64,000 nucleotides of DNA from an uncultured Holophagales bacterium (GCA_963842525.1 CAWJGT010000023.1:192001-256000), one strand, 5' to 3'; counted from the stretch's first letter, positions 18,727 to 28,778 are shown. Notes: generated by a model not told the origin, from the letters alone. Program-made: numbers and translations.

Positions 18727-19719
18727 TCAGCGGGGTTTCTCGGCGATCATCGACAGCGGCAGGCTCCAGTACCGGTAGAGCCAGTCTCCCGCGGCCCGGC
18801 TGCGCAGGAGCCGGCAGACCAGCGCGCGGCCCCAGGAGCTGGCGGACAGGCGCCGCAGGGGCCCGGGGGCGCCGGACAGGAAGTCTTTGTCCGGGTACAG
18901 GAGGCGATAGCGGACCGTGCGCGGAGTGAGGCGGCGGCAGCGGAAGCCGTGCTTGCGCAGCGCCGCCTGGTACTCCCGCAGGCTGTAGAAGTTCTCGTTG
19001 ATCCCGGCCTCCGTCTCGACGTTGTGCGGCTTGTTGCCCGGGATCGACTCCTTCTTGCAGGCCTCCGAAACGAACACCAGCCGCCCTCCGGGCCGCAGCA
19101 CGCGCCACACCTCGGCAAAGAGGCGGTCGATGTCCGAGGAGTGGTGGATCGCCGCGCAACTGAACACGGCGTCCGCCCAGCCGTCGGCGAGCGGCAGCCC
19201 GTGGGCGTCGCCGCGCAGCCGCTCGAAATGAATGCCGTCCATCTCCAGGAAGATGTCGGCGGTCTCCAGGCCGAGGAAGCGGGTGGCGAGGACGTCGACC
19301 GCGACGACCTCCGCGGCCCGGCCGAGGGTCTTGAGGAAGCGCGACGACCAGGTGCGGCCCGCGCCCAGGTCCACGACCCGCTGGCCCGCGAAGTCCACGT
19401 GCTCGAAGATCTGGAAGAAGTCGGGGGCCACGTGGGGCCAGGGCTCGTGCGGGAAGCACGGCAGCGCGGTCATGACCGGCACCAGCCCCTCGTGCAGGGG
19501 GCCGGCGAGCTGGATCCATCCCTTGATCTCGCTGGCCAGGACCTCGTCGTCGGGATCGAGGAAGTCCGGGATTCCCCGCTGGATGGTGAAGACGCGGCCG
19601 CAGGAGCAAAGCAGCTCCCCCTCGCGCACCTCCCGGCCGTCCTCCTCGTGCACGGAGAGCGACAGGCCGTTGCCGTGGCAGAAGGGACAGCGGATGCTGC
19701 CGACGAATTCCCGTTTCAC
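18727..19719 (-). CDS. Methyltransferase with N-terminal Trm112-like zinc-ribbon domain
   Basis: IRCPFCH...EGELLCSCGRVFTIQRGIPDF; VVDLGAG; VLRPGG. Confidence 0.85.
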   Translation of the reverse strand: MKREFVGSIRCPFCHGNGLSLSVHEEDGREVREGELLCSCGRVFTIQRGIPDFLDPDDEVLASEIKGWIQLAGPLHEGLVPVMTALPCFPHEPWPHVAPDFFQIFEHVDFAGQRVVDLGAGRTWSSRFLKTLGRAAEVVAVDVLATRFLGLETADIFLEMDGIHFERLRGDAHGLPLADGWADAVFSCAAIHHSSDIDRLFAEVWRVLRPGGRLVFVSEACKKESIPGNKPHNVETEAGINENFYSLREYQAALRKHGFRCRRLTPRTVRYRLLYPDKDFLSGAPGPLRRLSASSWGRALVCRLLRSRAAGDWLYRYWSLPLSMIAEKPR

Positions 19720-20753
19720 CCTTGACCTCGCCGCGGGGCGGATCGCGAGAGAGGCAACTTGGGAGTGTTCTGGATGTCGAGGCTCACCCCCTGCAGGAGG
19801 AGCTGGAAGCCGAGGATCAGGGGCACGACGGCGACCATCACCGTCCCCGTGGAGGCCGCGATCCCGGTCCTCGCCGACCGCACCCAGTGGACCACCCCCC
19901 AGAGGAACCCGAAGACGGCGAGGGGCAGGCCGGCGACCAGGAAGAGCGAGACCGGCGAGAACTCGCGGACGAAGTACTGCAGCCAGATGCGCCGGAACAG
20001 GGCGGCGAGGAGCTTGCGGGGGAAGCGCACGAGCGCGCTCGCCGCGGACAGGGAGCTGCGCTCGTCGGCATACCTGGCCGGGATCTGCACGTCGCGCACC
20101 ACGGCGCGCACCAGGTTGAGCTCGATCAGCATCGAGGTCTCGAAGAACCAGCGCCGGTCGATGTTCTGCCAGTCGAGCACCTCGAGCGCCCGCCGGTGGA
20201 TCGCCGTGTAGCCGTTGGTCGGGTCAAAGACGTCCCAGTATCCCGACGAGGCCTTGGTCAGGAACGAGAGCCCGAGATTGCCCACCCGGCGCAGCAGCGG
20301 CATCTGCCGGAGCTGCCGGGTATGAAAAAACCGGCTGCCCTTGGTATAGTCGGCCTCCCCCGCCAGGATCGGCTCGATCAGCGGGATCAGGTACCCAGGG
20401 TCCATCTGCTCGTCGCCGTCCATCTTGACGACCACGTCGGCCCCCAGCTCGAAGGCGTGGCGGTAGCCGGTGATCATGGCCGCGCCGACCCCGCCGTTGT
20501 GCTCGTGGCGCAGCAGATGGACCCGTGGATCCGCGAGGCCGCCGACGATCTGCCAGGTCTCGTCGGGGCTGGCGTCGTCGACGACGACGATGTCCGAGAC
20601 GAAGCCAGGAATCTCCCGGACGACGTTCTCGATGTGCCGGGCCACCCGGTAGGCCGGAATGACGACCGCCACCCGCACCGGATGATCTCCGAGCTCGAGG
20701 CGCGTCGGCGTGGCACGGATTTCGTTCAGAGGGCTCGCTGCCAAGGGTTTCAT
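19716..20753 (-). CDS. GT2 glycosyltransferase with C-terminal TM helices
   Basis: VVIPAY, VVVDDASPD, KMDGDEQMDP, DPTNGYTA. Confidence 0.9.
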   Translation of the reverse strand: MKPLAASPLNEIRATPTRLELGDHPVRVAVVIPAYRVARHIENVVREIPGFVSDIVVVDDASPDETWQIVGGLADPRVHLLRHEHNGGVGAAMITGYRHAFELGADVVVKMDGDEQMDPGYLIPLIEPILAGEADYTKGSRFFHTRQLRQMPLLRRVGNLGLSFLTKASSGYWDVFDPTNGYTAIHRRALEVLDWQNIDRRWFFETSMLIELNLVRAVVRDVQIPARYADERSSLSAASALVRFPRKLLAALFRRIWLQYFVREFSPVSLFLVAGLPLAVFGFLWGVVHWVRSARTGIAASTGTVMVAVVPLILGFQLLLQGVSLDIQNTPKLPLSRSAPRRGQG

Positions 20754-20798
20754 CGCTGGGAGACGAACGGAGTGATATCGTAAGAACAGGCCGTCCCC

Positions 20799-21683
20799 TT
20801 GTCAAACGAAACCACGACCTGCCCCGCCTGCAAGGGCGTCCTGGAGCAGCGGCTGGAGAGCTGGCTGCTGCTCTGCCCCGTGTGCGGGCTCTGGCGTTCG
20901 CGGCTCGGCACCGAGGACCGGCTCCACGAGAGCCAGGCCATCGACGAGTCGCGGCGGGTGGCGGGGCTCGCCGCGCTGCGGGACGAGAACTACCGGCGCA
21001 CTCTCGACACGCTGCGACGGCTCGGCCCCTTGGAGGGCAAGCGGCTCCTGGATGTGGGCTGCGCCTACGGCTGGTTCCTCCGCACCGCCCGGGAGGCGGG
21101 GATGGTCCCGGTCGGGCTCGAGCCGGACCCCGGGATCGCCGCCGCCGCGGCCGGCGACGGCCTGGAGGTCCTGGCCGGCTACTTTCCCGCGGCGGTCCCG
21201 GCCGGGGAGATGTTCGACGTCATCTCCTTCAACGACGTCCTGGAGCACCTGTACGACCTCGATGGCGCGCTCGCCGCGTGCCATCGCCTGCTGCGGCCGG
21301 GGGGGCTGCTGGTCGTCAGCGCGCCCGACAGCCGCGGCACCCTGTTCCGCGTCTCCAGGGCGCTGGCGCGGCTCGGCCGCAAGGACCTCCTCCATCGGCT
21401 GTGGCAGAAGGGGTATCCGAGCCCGCACCTCAGCTATTTCAACCACTCCAACCTGGCGATGTTGACAGGTCGGCACGGTTTCGTGCCGCAGGAACAGCGG
21501 GAGCTGCGCAGCCTGCAGGCCCGCGGTCTATGGTCCCGCCTGCACATGGACCGCCGGCCGTCCCTGCGCTCCGTCCTCTCCTACCTCGTGCTCGCCGCGA
21601 GCCTGCCGGCGCTGGTCCATCTCTTCCCCTCCGACCAGCTCTTGGGCGTCTATGGCCCCGCCGGAGACACGGCGGGCCCGTAG
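20799..21683 (+). CDS. Class I SAM-dependent methyltransferase (CxxC N-terminus)
   Basis: CPAC...CPVC; LLDVGCAYG; DVLEHL; LRPGG; PHLSYF. Confidence 0.88.
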   Translation: MSNETTTCPACKGVLEQRLESWLLLCPVCGLWRSRLGTEDRLHESQAIDESRRVAGLAALRDENYRRTLDTLRRLGPLEGKRLLDVGCAYGWFLRTAREAGMVPVGLEPDPGIAAAAAGDGLEVLAGYFPAAVPAGEMFDVISFNDVLEHLYDLDGALAACHRLLRPGGLLVVSAPDSRGTLFRVSRALARLGRKDLLHRLWQKGYPSPHLSYFNHSNLAMLTGRHGFVPQEQRELRSLQARGLWSRLHMDRRPSLRSVLSYLVLAASLPALVHLFPSDQLLGVYGPAGDTAGP

Positions 21684-21808
21684 GCCACCGCGACGCTTGA
21701 CGACCGCCGCCCCCGGGCCAAACGGGCCAAACGGGGTAACGGCTTGCCACCGGGCCGCCGCCGCCGTACCATCGAGCGCCCCGGCCCGCGAGACACCCCC
21801 GCTACGCC

Positions 21809-23713
21809 ATGGATGACAGAACACCTCCCGACACCGACGCACCGCGGCCTCTCGTGGTCACGGGCATGCACGGCTCCGCCACCTCCCTGGCCGCCTCCTT
21901 GGTGGCCGGCCTGGGCGTCAACCTGGGTGAGCGGCTCCTCGCCGCCGACGCCCACAACCCGGCCGGCTACTTCGAGGACCTGGACTTCGTCGAGCTCCAG
22001 AGCCGCATGATGCTTGCCGCGACTCCCGACGACGACGGCGGCCACCCCGACTGGGGATGGACCGAGCACCAGGCGATCGATCCCCGGGCCCTCGAGCCGT
22101 GGCGGGACGCGGCTCTCTCCCTGGTGGCGGCGCGCGCGAGCCGCGGCCGGCCCTGGGGCTGGAAGAATCCCCGTACGGCGGCCTCCCTCGACTTCTGGGA
22201 TTCCCTGCTGCCCGATGCCCGTTATCTGTTGATCTATCGCTATCCCTGGGAGGTGGCGGACTCGTTGCAGCGCCTGGGGGTCGAGGTCTTCCTCCGCAAC
22301 CCCCGGTATGCCTATGCCATCTGGGAGCTCTACAACCGCCGAATCCTGGAGATCCTGGAACGCGCCCGCGACCGCTGTCTCCTGGTGAGCGCCAACGCTT
22401 TGCTCTCCGACCCGGAGCGACTCGACGGCCTGCTGCGAGACCGCCTGGGGCTCGCCGCACCCGACGGTTACGTCCAATCCAAGGTCCGCCCCGACCTCTT
22501 CCGTTCCGGAGGGCGGGGGTGGGACCCCCTGGTGACCCTCCTGGAGGCGGTCCGCCCCGGGTGCCTGGACCTCCTCCGGGAGCTCGACCGGTGGGCCGAC
22601 CTGCCGTCCGCCGGCCTCTGGGGGGCGCCGCCCCGGGCCAGTTGGAGCGGCGGGCCTGGAGCCCCGCCTTCGGTCTCGGTTGTGGTGCCCTGCTACAACC
22701 ACGGCGAGCTTCTCCTGGAGGCGGTGGCCAGCGCCGAGCAGGCCTGCCGCGAGGAGCCCCTGGAGGTGGTGATCGTCGACGATGGCTCGGACGAGCCGTG
22801 GACCCTGGAGGTCCTGGAAAATCTGCGCCGCCTGGGCTACAGGGTCCTGCGTCAGCCGAACCGCGGCCTGGCGGCTGCGCGCAACGCCGGCGCGGCGGCG
22901 GCCAGCGGCGAGCTCCTCCTCCCCCTGGACGCCGATGATCGGCTGCGGCCGGATTTCCCGGCAGCGGCCCGGCGCGTCCTGGAAGCCGAGGCCGAGGTCG
23001 GGGTGGTCTATTGCGACCACTGGGAGTTCGGCCTGCGCACCGGCCACGTGCGCGCTCCCGACTTCAAGCTGGCGCGTCTGCTTCGCGGCAACTACGTGGC
23101 CGCCTGCGCCTGCCTGCGCCGCCGCGTCTGGGAGGAGTGCGGCGGATGGGACGAGGCCTTGTCCGCCTGGGAGGACTGGGAGCTTTGGATCGGAGCGGCG
23201 GGACGCGGTTGGCGGTTCCACCGCTTCCCCGGCATCGGTTTCGACTATCGCAAGCGGCCGGACTCGATGGCGACCGCCTGCCTCCGCGCCGAGGTGGGGA
23301 TGCCTCTCCAAGAACATATCGTTCGCAAGCACCAAGCGGTCTATCTCCTTCATCTACCGGAGCTTCTCGTCGAGGCCCAGGATGCGGTGCGGGAAGCCGA
23401 CGCCGCCCGCCAGGAGCTCGCCGAGATCCGCAAGGAAACTGATACTGTTCGCCGGGAGCTGGGCCAGGCCCTCCGCCGACTCGAGGAGGAGGAATCGCAG
23501 GGGGAGCAACTCGCCAGCCGGGAGGCACGGCTGGTGCGGGAGCGGGACCGCCTCTATCAGGAGCTCGAGGCCTGGCGCGAGCGGGTGGCCTTCATGGAGG
23601 GGACGTCCGCCTGGCGGATGCGCCGCTGGCTCCTCGCCCTCAAGCGGTCCCGGGGCGGCGCGAGCCGCGTGGGCGCGCCGGCTGGAAAAGATGGAAGAGG
23701 TAGGAAGGGATGA
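21809..23713 (+). CDS. Sulfotransferase-like domain + GT2 + C-terminal coiled coil
   Basis: VTGMHGSATS, NPAGYFED, WGWKNPRT (sulfotransferase fold); VSVVVPCYN, IVDDGS, PLDADD, EDWELW (GT2); heptad region ending TSAWRMR. Confidence 0.85.
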   Translation: MDDRTPPDTDAPRPLVVTGMHGSATSLAASLVAGLGVNLGERLLAADAHNPAGYFEDLDFVELQSRMMLAATPDDDGGHPDWGWTEHQAIDPRALEPWRDAALSLVAARASRGRPWGWKNPRTAASLDFWDSLLPDARYLLIYRYPWEVADSLQRLGVEVFLRNPRYAYAIWELYNRRILEILERARDRCLLVSANALLSDPERLDGLLRDRLGLAAPDGYVQSKVRPDLFRSGGRGWDPLVTLLEAVRPGCLDLLRELDRWADLPSAGLWGAPPRASWSGGPGAPPSVSVVVPCYNHGELLLEAVASAEQACREEPLEVVIVDDGSDEPWTLEVLENLRRLGYRVLRQPNRGLAAARNAGAAAASGELLLPLDADDRLRPDFPAAARRVLEAEAEVGVVYCDHWEFGLRTGHVRAPDFKLARLLRGNYVAACACLRRRVWEECGGWDEALSAWEDWELWIGAAGRGWRFHRFPGIGFDYRKRPDSMATACLRAEVGMPLQEHIVRKHQAVYLLHLPELLVEAQDAVREADAARQELAEIRKETDTVRRELGQALRRLEEEESQGEQLASREARLVRERDRLYQELEAWRERVAFMEGTSAWRMRRWLLALKRSRGGASRVGAPAGKDGRGRKG

Positions 23714-23769
23714 AGTCGGCAGCGATTCGTGCTATCCTTCGTGGAGAGACAAAAATGGAGGACGACATC

Positions 23770-24237
23770 GTGAAGCGGATCTCTATCGTGAAAGCAACTC
23801 TGCTTGCCTGTGCCACTCTCGCGGCGGTGCTGCCCGACAGCGCCTGGGCCGACGGGCCGTTCCAGTTCTTCGCCACGACCCCCTGCCGGGTGTACGACTC
23901 CCGGTCGGGTGGCGCACCGCCCCTGGCCAACGGTCTTCATTCGATCCGGGTCCAGGGTACCTGCGGCATCCCCGTGGGCGCCAAGGCGGTGGCCCTGAAC
24001 GTGACCGTCGTCGGCCCGAACAGGACCGGCCACATCACCCTCTGGCCGGTGGGAGTCTCGGAGCCCTTGGTGGCGACCCTGAACTTCGTGACCAACGAGC
24101 CAGCGCTGGCGAACGGGGCGATCGTTCCACTCGGCCCGGACAGCGGCGGGGCAAACGATTTGAATTTCCGGTATTCGATGCAGAGTCCTCCCGGCACGGG
24201 CCACATCGTCTTCGACGCCACCGGCTACTTCCAGTAG
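23770..24237 (+). CDS. Small secreted protein consisting only of the TPCR...GYFQ domain
   Basis: GGAGG RBS then GTG; signal peptide ending AWA; TPCRVYDSR, CGIPVGAKAVALNVTVV, HIVFDATGYFQ. Confidence 0.82.
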   Translation: MKRISIVKATLLACATLAAVLPDSAWADGPFQFFATTPCRVYDSRSGGAPPLANGLHSIRVQGTCGIPVGAKAVALNVTVVGPNRTGHITLWPVGVSEPLVATLNFVTNEPALANGAIVPLGPDSGGANDLNFRYSMQSPPGTGHIVFDATGYFQ

Positions 24238-24316
24238 TAGGGCCTCCATCCACCGGTTCGCCGCGCGCGAGGATCGCCTCCGTGCGCGTGCGACGAACCG
24301 TCCCGGCGGTCGCCAA

Positions 24317-25924
24317 TTGCACGTATTCTTCGGTTCCGAATCGGCCGGGCAACGCCAGCGGCTCGCCGCCACCGCGGCGTTGCTCGTCCTGCTGACCGCG
24401 GCCACCGCCGGCTGGCTCGCGGCAGCGGCCCGCATCCCGTTCACCTCCGACCAGAGCATCATCTCGCTGATGGCGCTCGACATCCTGCAGGAGGGGGTCC
24501 ATCCCGTCTTCTGCTACGGTGCGCAGTACGGCGGCACCCTGGAGCCGCACTACCTGGCTGCCGTCTTCTCCGTCCTGGAACCGTCGCCGCTCGCCTTCCG
24601 GCTCGCCATGGGTGTCCTGGTGATCGGCATCGTCCTCGTGGTCTGGGCCATCGCGCGCTCCTGCTACGGCGAACGGGCCGGTCTGCTCGCCGGCCTCTAT
24701 CTCGCCCTGGGGCCTTCGTTCTTCTTCTACAAGGGGCTCACCTCGGACGGCGCCTACGCCTCCCTGGTCCTGGTCTGCGGCCTGGGCCTCTGGCTGCTGC
24801 TCGTCATCGAGCGCCGGCTCGCCGAGGGCCGGCCCGCAATGCTCCATCAGGCCCTTTTGGGCTGGCTGCTGGGGCTGGCCTGGTGGATCCTCCCCATCTC
24901 GGCCTTCATGGCGGCCGTCGGCGCCGCGGCGGTTGGCGCCGGCGCGACCCGCGCCTGGTTGGCGCCACGCGGTGTGGCTGTCCTGCTGGCGGCGTTCCCG
25001 CTCGGCGGCCTGCCCTGGTGGTGGTACAACCTCCAGACCGGTTGGGCGAGCCTCAAGGCTCCGGAGCTCGCGGCGGCGCCGATCGACGGCATCGCGGCGC
25101 GGCTCGCCTCGCTGTTCCGCGACGGGTGGAGCATCCTCCTGGGTGCCAGCTCGGTCACCACCGGCGAGGTGACCTTCCCGGGCTCGCGCCCTCTCGCCTG
25201 GGCCGTGCTCGCAGCCCTGATCAGCTTCGGCCTCGTCTCGCTGCGGCGGGGTCCGACACCGGCCGCCCGCCATGGCTCGATCGTCTTCCTCGCCGTGCTC
25301 GTCGCCGTGCCCTGCCTTGCCCTCTTCGTCGCCAGGACCGACTTCGCGGAGCCACGCTACCTGCTTCCAGCGTACCTCGGGATCGCTCCTCTGGCGGGCG
25401 GCCTGATCGCGGAGCTGTGGGAGCGGCGGGCTGCCGGAGCCGTCCTGGTAACCGCCCTTCTGCTCGCGCTCAACCTCGGCAGTCAGATCGGGTCGCCCCG
25501 GCTCCAGGGCAGGCTGCGGATCGATGGCAAGATATGGGTCGATAGCAATCCCCGGGAGGTCGTCCGCCGGCTGCGTGAACGGGACGTGGACGCCGTCTAC
25601 GCCTCCTACTGGGTGGCCTACCGGACGACCTTCCTGTCTGGCGGCACGCTGATTGCCGCCCCCTTCGGCAGCGGGAATCGCGGCTTCGTGCGCCACCTCG
25701 AGCACCAGGCCTTCGTGGACCGGCACCCGGCGCCCGCATTCCTGTTGAATGGCGAGGACCGAAGCCGGTTCGAGTCATACCTCTCGCGCTTCGCGGTCCC
25801 GCACCGCCGCGAGTCGTTCGAGGGCTTGACGCTGTTTACCGGCCTGCCCCCGGAGGCGGTCGCCACGATACGGAGCTGCAAGTGCGTCCCGGAAAGCGTC
25901 AAGGCGGGCGACATCCAGCCCTAG
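24317..25924 (+). CDS. ArnT/PMT-like GT-C integral membrane glycosyltransferase
   Basis: Multi-TM; SDQSIISLMA..I..G.HPVF.YG.QY.G.LE; PRYLLP; YWVAYRTTFLSG; paralogous to the GT-C half of 16448-18720. Confidence 0.75.
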   Translation: MHVFFGSESAGQRQRLAATAALLVLLTAATAGWLAAAARIPFTSDQSIISLMALDILQEGVHPVFCYGAQYGGTLEPHYLAAVFSVLEPSPLAFRLAMGVLVIGIVLVVWAIARSCYGERAGLLAGLYLALGPSFFFYKGLTSDGAYASLVLVCGLGLWLLLVIERRLAEGRPAMLHQALLGWLLGLAWWILPISAFMAAVGAAAVGAGATRAWLAPRGVAVLLAAFPLGGLPWWWYNLQTGWASLKAPELAAAPIDGIAARLASLFRDGWSILLGASSVTTGEVTFPGSRPLAWAVLAALISFGLVSLRRGPTPAARHGSIVFLAVLVAVPCLALFVARTDFAEPRYLLPAYLGIAPLAGGLIAELWERRAAGAVLVTALLLALNLGSQIGSPRLQGRLRIDGKIWVDSNPREVVRRLRERDVDAVYASYWVAYRTTFLSGGTLIAAPFGSGNRGFVRHLEHQAFVDRHPAPAFLLNGEDRSRFESYLSRFAVPHRRESFEGLTLFTGLPPEAVATIRSCKCVPESVKAGDIQP

Positions 25925-25933
25925 GGGGATCGA

Positions 25934-26626
25934 ATGCGAACGACGCTGTTCAACCTGCTCAAGGCCCTGGACGGCTCCGTCGACTTCCCGGAGCCGGTCT
26001 ACGAGTTCGGAGCCTTCCGCGTCCCGGGGCAGGAGCACCTGCCCTACGTGCGCGACTTCTTCCCGGGCAAGAGGTTCGTTGGCTGCGACCTGCGGCCGGG
26101 GCCAGGGGTCGACGAGATCCAGGACCTCCATCGCCTGGCCCTGCCGGACCGATCGATCGGAACGGCGTTGATGTTCGACACCATCGAGCACGTCCGCGAG
26201 CCCTGGCGCGCCATGGCGGAGCTCCACCGGTGTCTCAAGCCAGGCGGCCTCCTGTTGATGAGCTCGGTCTGGTACTTCCCGATCCATGCCTATCCGGACG
26301 ACTACTGGCGCTTCACTGCGAGCGGCTTCTCGACCCTGCTCCAGGACTTCCACCCGCTCGCCGTCGGCATGTGCGGCTTGAAGCGCCTCCCGCACACGGT
26401 CTTCGGCATGGCGTCGCAAGGCCCGATCGACCCCGCCGCCGAGGAGGCGATCCGGGCCGCGTTCGAGAGCTGGAAACGCCACGGGGCGCGATCGTGGAAG
26501 GAGACCATGCTCGAAGTTGCGCCGCCGGTGCTCCTGATCCCGGCCTACGATCTGTTCCTGCGCGTGATGAAGCTGCTGCCCAGGCGTGGACGCGCGACGG
26601 GCAGAGAGCCAACCGGCAGGCCATGA
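25934..26626 (+). CDS. Class I SAM-dependent methyltransferase
   Basis: VGCDLRPGPGVD, DTIEHVREPW, LKPGG, HAYPDDYWRFT. Confidence 0.87.
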   Translation: MRTTLFNLLKALDGSVDFPEPVYEFGAFRVPGQEHLPYVRDFFPGKRFVGCDLRPGPGVDEIQDLHRLALPDRSIGTALMFDTIEHVREPWRAMAELHRCLKPGGLLLMSSVWYFPIHAYPDDYWRFTASGFSTLLQDFHPLAVGMCGLKRLPHTVFGMASQGPIDPAAEEAIRAAFESWKRHGARSWKETMLEVAPPVLLIPAYDLFLRVMKLLPRRGRATGREPTGRP

Positions 26627-26667
26627 GCCCGCCGCTCGAGCAGTCTGGTCCCTGTGCTTGTATCTGA

Positions 26668-27350
26668 TCACCTCGGCTGCTCACCCTCCCGCCGGGCGAT
26701 GGCGAGGAGCTGGTAGCCGAGGAGGGTCGGCATGAGGCGGGAGAGAGCGAAGAGGATCAGGGTTGCCGAGAGCAGGAGGAACCTGGGGAGGCGGGGAAAG
26801 GCAAGTTGGAGAGGGACGGTCGAGACCTCCTCGCGCACGATCTCGAAGCCGCTGCGCCGGAGCGCCTCGCGCAGCGAGCGCCGGGTGTAGAAATAGCGGT
26901 GCGTGCGGTCCAGGATCCCGCGCTCGGCATAGGGGAACCAGCCGAAGAGCAGGGCCAGCCGCACCGCGAGGTGCGCGATGTTGGGCACCGAGATGAACAG
27001 CAGGCCCCCGGGCGGCAGGGCATCCTTCATGAGGCGAAGCATCCGCGCCGGGTCGTTCAGGTGCTCCAGCACGTCGGCGGCCAGGATCGCGTTCCACCCG
27101 CGGGGCAGGCGCGGCAGGTCCTCGAGGTCCACCAGCGCGCCTCCCGAGAGCTCGCGGCTCAGGGACTCCAGGCAGCCGAGGTCGGATTCGAGACCGATCC
27201 AAAGCAGGTCCCGGCGCCGCACCAGGCGCGCCAGATTGGCGAGCCCGGGGCCCAGCTCGAGGAGGCGCGTCCCTGGAGGCAGGGTGTGCAGCCAGCTCGC
27301 CAGGATGCGGTGGCTGGAACCCGGGAAGTCCTTGAGGGCGTAGCGCTCAG
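26668..27350 (-). CDS. Methyltransferase domain, probably the C-terminal half of a GT2-methyltransferase fusion split by a +1 frameshift near 27351
   Basis: The frame is open from AERYALKDFPGSSHRIL, with no canonical start upstream of it; LLELGPG, ADVLEHL, ISVPNIAH, GILDRTH. Confidence 0.75.
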
Positions 27351-28117
27351 CCGAAGATTGCGAAATGGCGGATCCCCTTCTTGTGCAGCTTGTATTTCAG
27401 CAGCACCCAGAGGATCGAGAAGCCGTACCGGACGCTCCTCCAGAAGCCGATCTGGGAGGCCTCGTCGAAATAGCGGGTGGCGATCGGGGTCTCGCGGATG
27501 CGCATCCCCTTCCAGACCCCCTGCGCGATGATCTCGCTGTCGAAGACGAAGTCGTCCGAATTGGCCGCCAGGTTCACCGCCTCGAGATAGCGCCTGCTGT
27601 AGGCACGCAGACCCGAGTGGTACTCCGACAGGAAGACGTAGAACGCCGCGTTGGCCACCGCCGTGAGGAAGAGGTTCGCGAAGTACTTCCACTTCGGCAT
27701 GCCTCCTTCGATCGGCCGGCCGCCCAGCATCCGGCTGCCGAAGACCGCATCGCAGTCCCCCTGCAGCAGGGGCTTCACCAGCTCCGGGATGTACTTCGGA
27801 TCATACTGGTGGTCCGGATGGACCATGACGACGATGTCCGCCCCGCGCGCGAGCGCCTCGGCATAGCAGGTCTTTTGATTGCCGCCGTAGCCGCGGTTGC
27901 GCGGGTGGACCAGCGTGTGGAGCCCGAGCTGGCCCGCGACCTCGACCGTGCGGTCACGGCTGGCATCGTCGACCAGCACGATGTCGTCCACCCATGCGAG
28001 AGGCAGGTCGCGGTAGGTGCGCTCGAGAGTCTTTTCCGCGTTGTAGGCGGGCATCACCACGCAGACCTTCTGCGTACGAGGAAGAGCTTCCGGCTGCACG
28101 GCGCGAGAGTCTAGCAT
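27347..28117 (-). CDS. GT2 glycosyltransferase (DPM-like)
   Basis: VVMPAYNAE, LVDDASRD, GYGGNQKTCY, HPDHQYDP, SEYHSGLRAYSR. Confidence 0.9.
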   Translation of the reverse strand: MLDSRAVQPEALPRTQKVCVVMPAYNAEKTLERTYRDLPLAWVDDIVLVDDASRDRTVEVAGQLGLHTLVHPRNRGYGGNQKTCYAEALARGADIVVMVHPDHQYDPKYIPELVKPLLQGDCDAVFGSRMLGGRPIEGGMPKWKYFANLFLTAVANAAFYVFLSEYHSGLRAYSRRYLEAVNLAANSDDFVFDSEIIAQGVWKGMRIRETPIATRYFDEASQIGFWRSVRYGFSILWVLLKYKLHKKGIRHFAIFG

Positions 28118-28179
28118 CTGTTGCGGCCATCGATGGGCGCCGATATACTCGCGCCCTCGCGTAGGTATTCCCGCAGAGC

Positions 28180-28479
28180 ATGAGCGAATCGGACGAGACC
28201 ATTCAGGCGAAGCACCTGGGCCGCACGGAGGCCGAGGCCTTCGATCTGCGCCTGCGGGCGATCGAATCGCGCGAGCGCGAGGACCGTCTCGCCCGCCTCG
28301 TTGCGGAGCGCTCCGACCTCTCGGCCGTGGGCACCCCCGCCGGGCACAGCGACACCGCCGCGATCGAGCGGCTGCGGCGCGAGGTCGACCAGCTCGCCAC
28401 CTTCCAGCGCCTGGTCATGCGCTCCAGGGGCTGGCGCCTCGTCCAGACGGTCCGCCGCCTTTTCGGACGGGCCTGGTGA
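28180..28479 (+). CDS. Small coiled-coil protein ending in an SRGWRL amphipathic motif
   Basis: Host-like codon usage; AIERLRREVDQL...SRGWRLVQTVRRLFG. Confidence 0.65.
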   Translation: MSESDETIQAKHLGRTEAEAFDLRLRAIESREREDRLARLVAERSDLSAVGTPAGHSDTAAIERLRREVDQLATFQRLVMRSRGWRLVQTVRRLFGRAW

Positions 28480-28482
28480 GCC

Positions 28483-28773
28483 ATGGGGGTGACGCGAGAG
28501 TCGGAGCTCATCGCCCGTCTGGAAGCGCAGGTCGCCGCGCTGGAAGCCCTGCTCGAGCGCCGCTCGCGCGAGCTGAGGCTCTTCCAGGAGCACATGTGCC
28601 ACCGCGACCTGATCGTCCTCTCGCGCATCACCGCCGGGGCCGTTCCCCTCCCCTTCGGACCCTTCGAGCCCGAGTTCTGGCCCGAATCGACGGACCTCAC
28701 CCAGGCCGAAGTCGGAGACACGCTGGAAGCGCTCTGGAGCTCTCTGGCCCCCGACCTGCGCGGGCTGCGCTGA
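28483..28773 (+). CDS. Small coiled-coil hypothetical protein
   Basis: ELIARLEAQVAALEALLERRSRELR; tightly packed between its neighbours. Confidence 0.6.
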   Translation: MGVTRESELIARLEAQVAALEALLERRSRELRLFQEHMCHRDLIVLSRITAGAVPLPFGPFEPEFWPESTDLTQAEVGDTLEALWSSLAPDLRGLR

Positions 28774-28778
28774 GCCGC

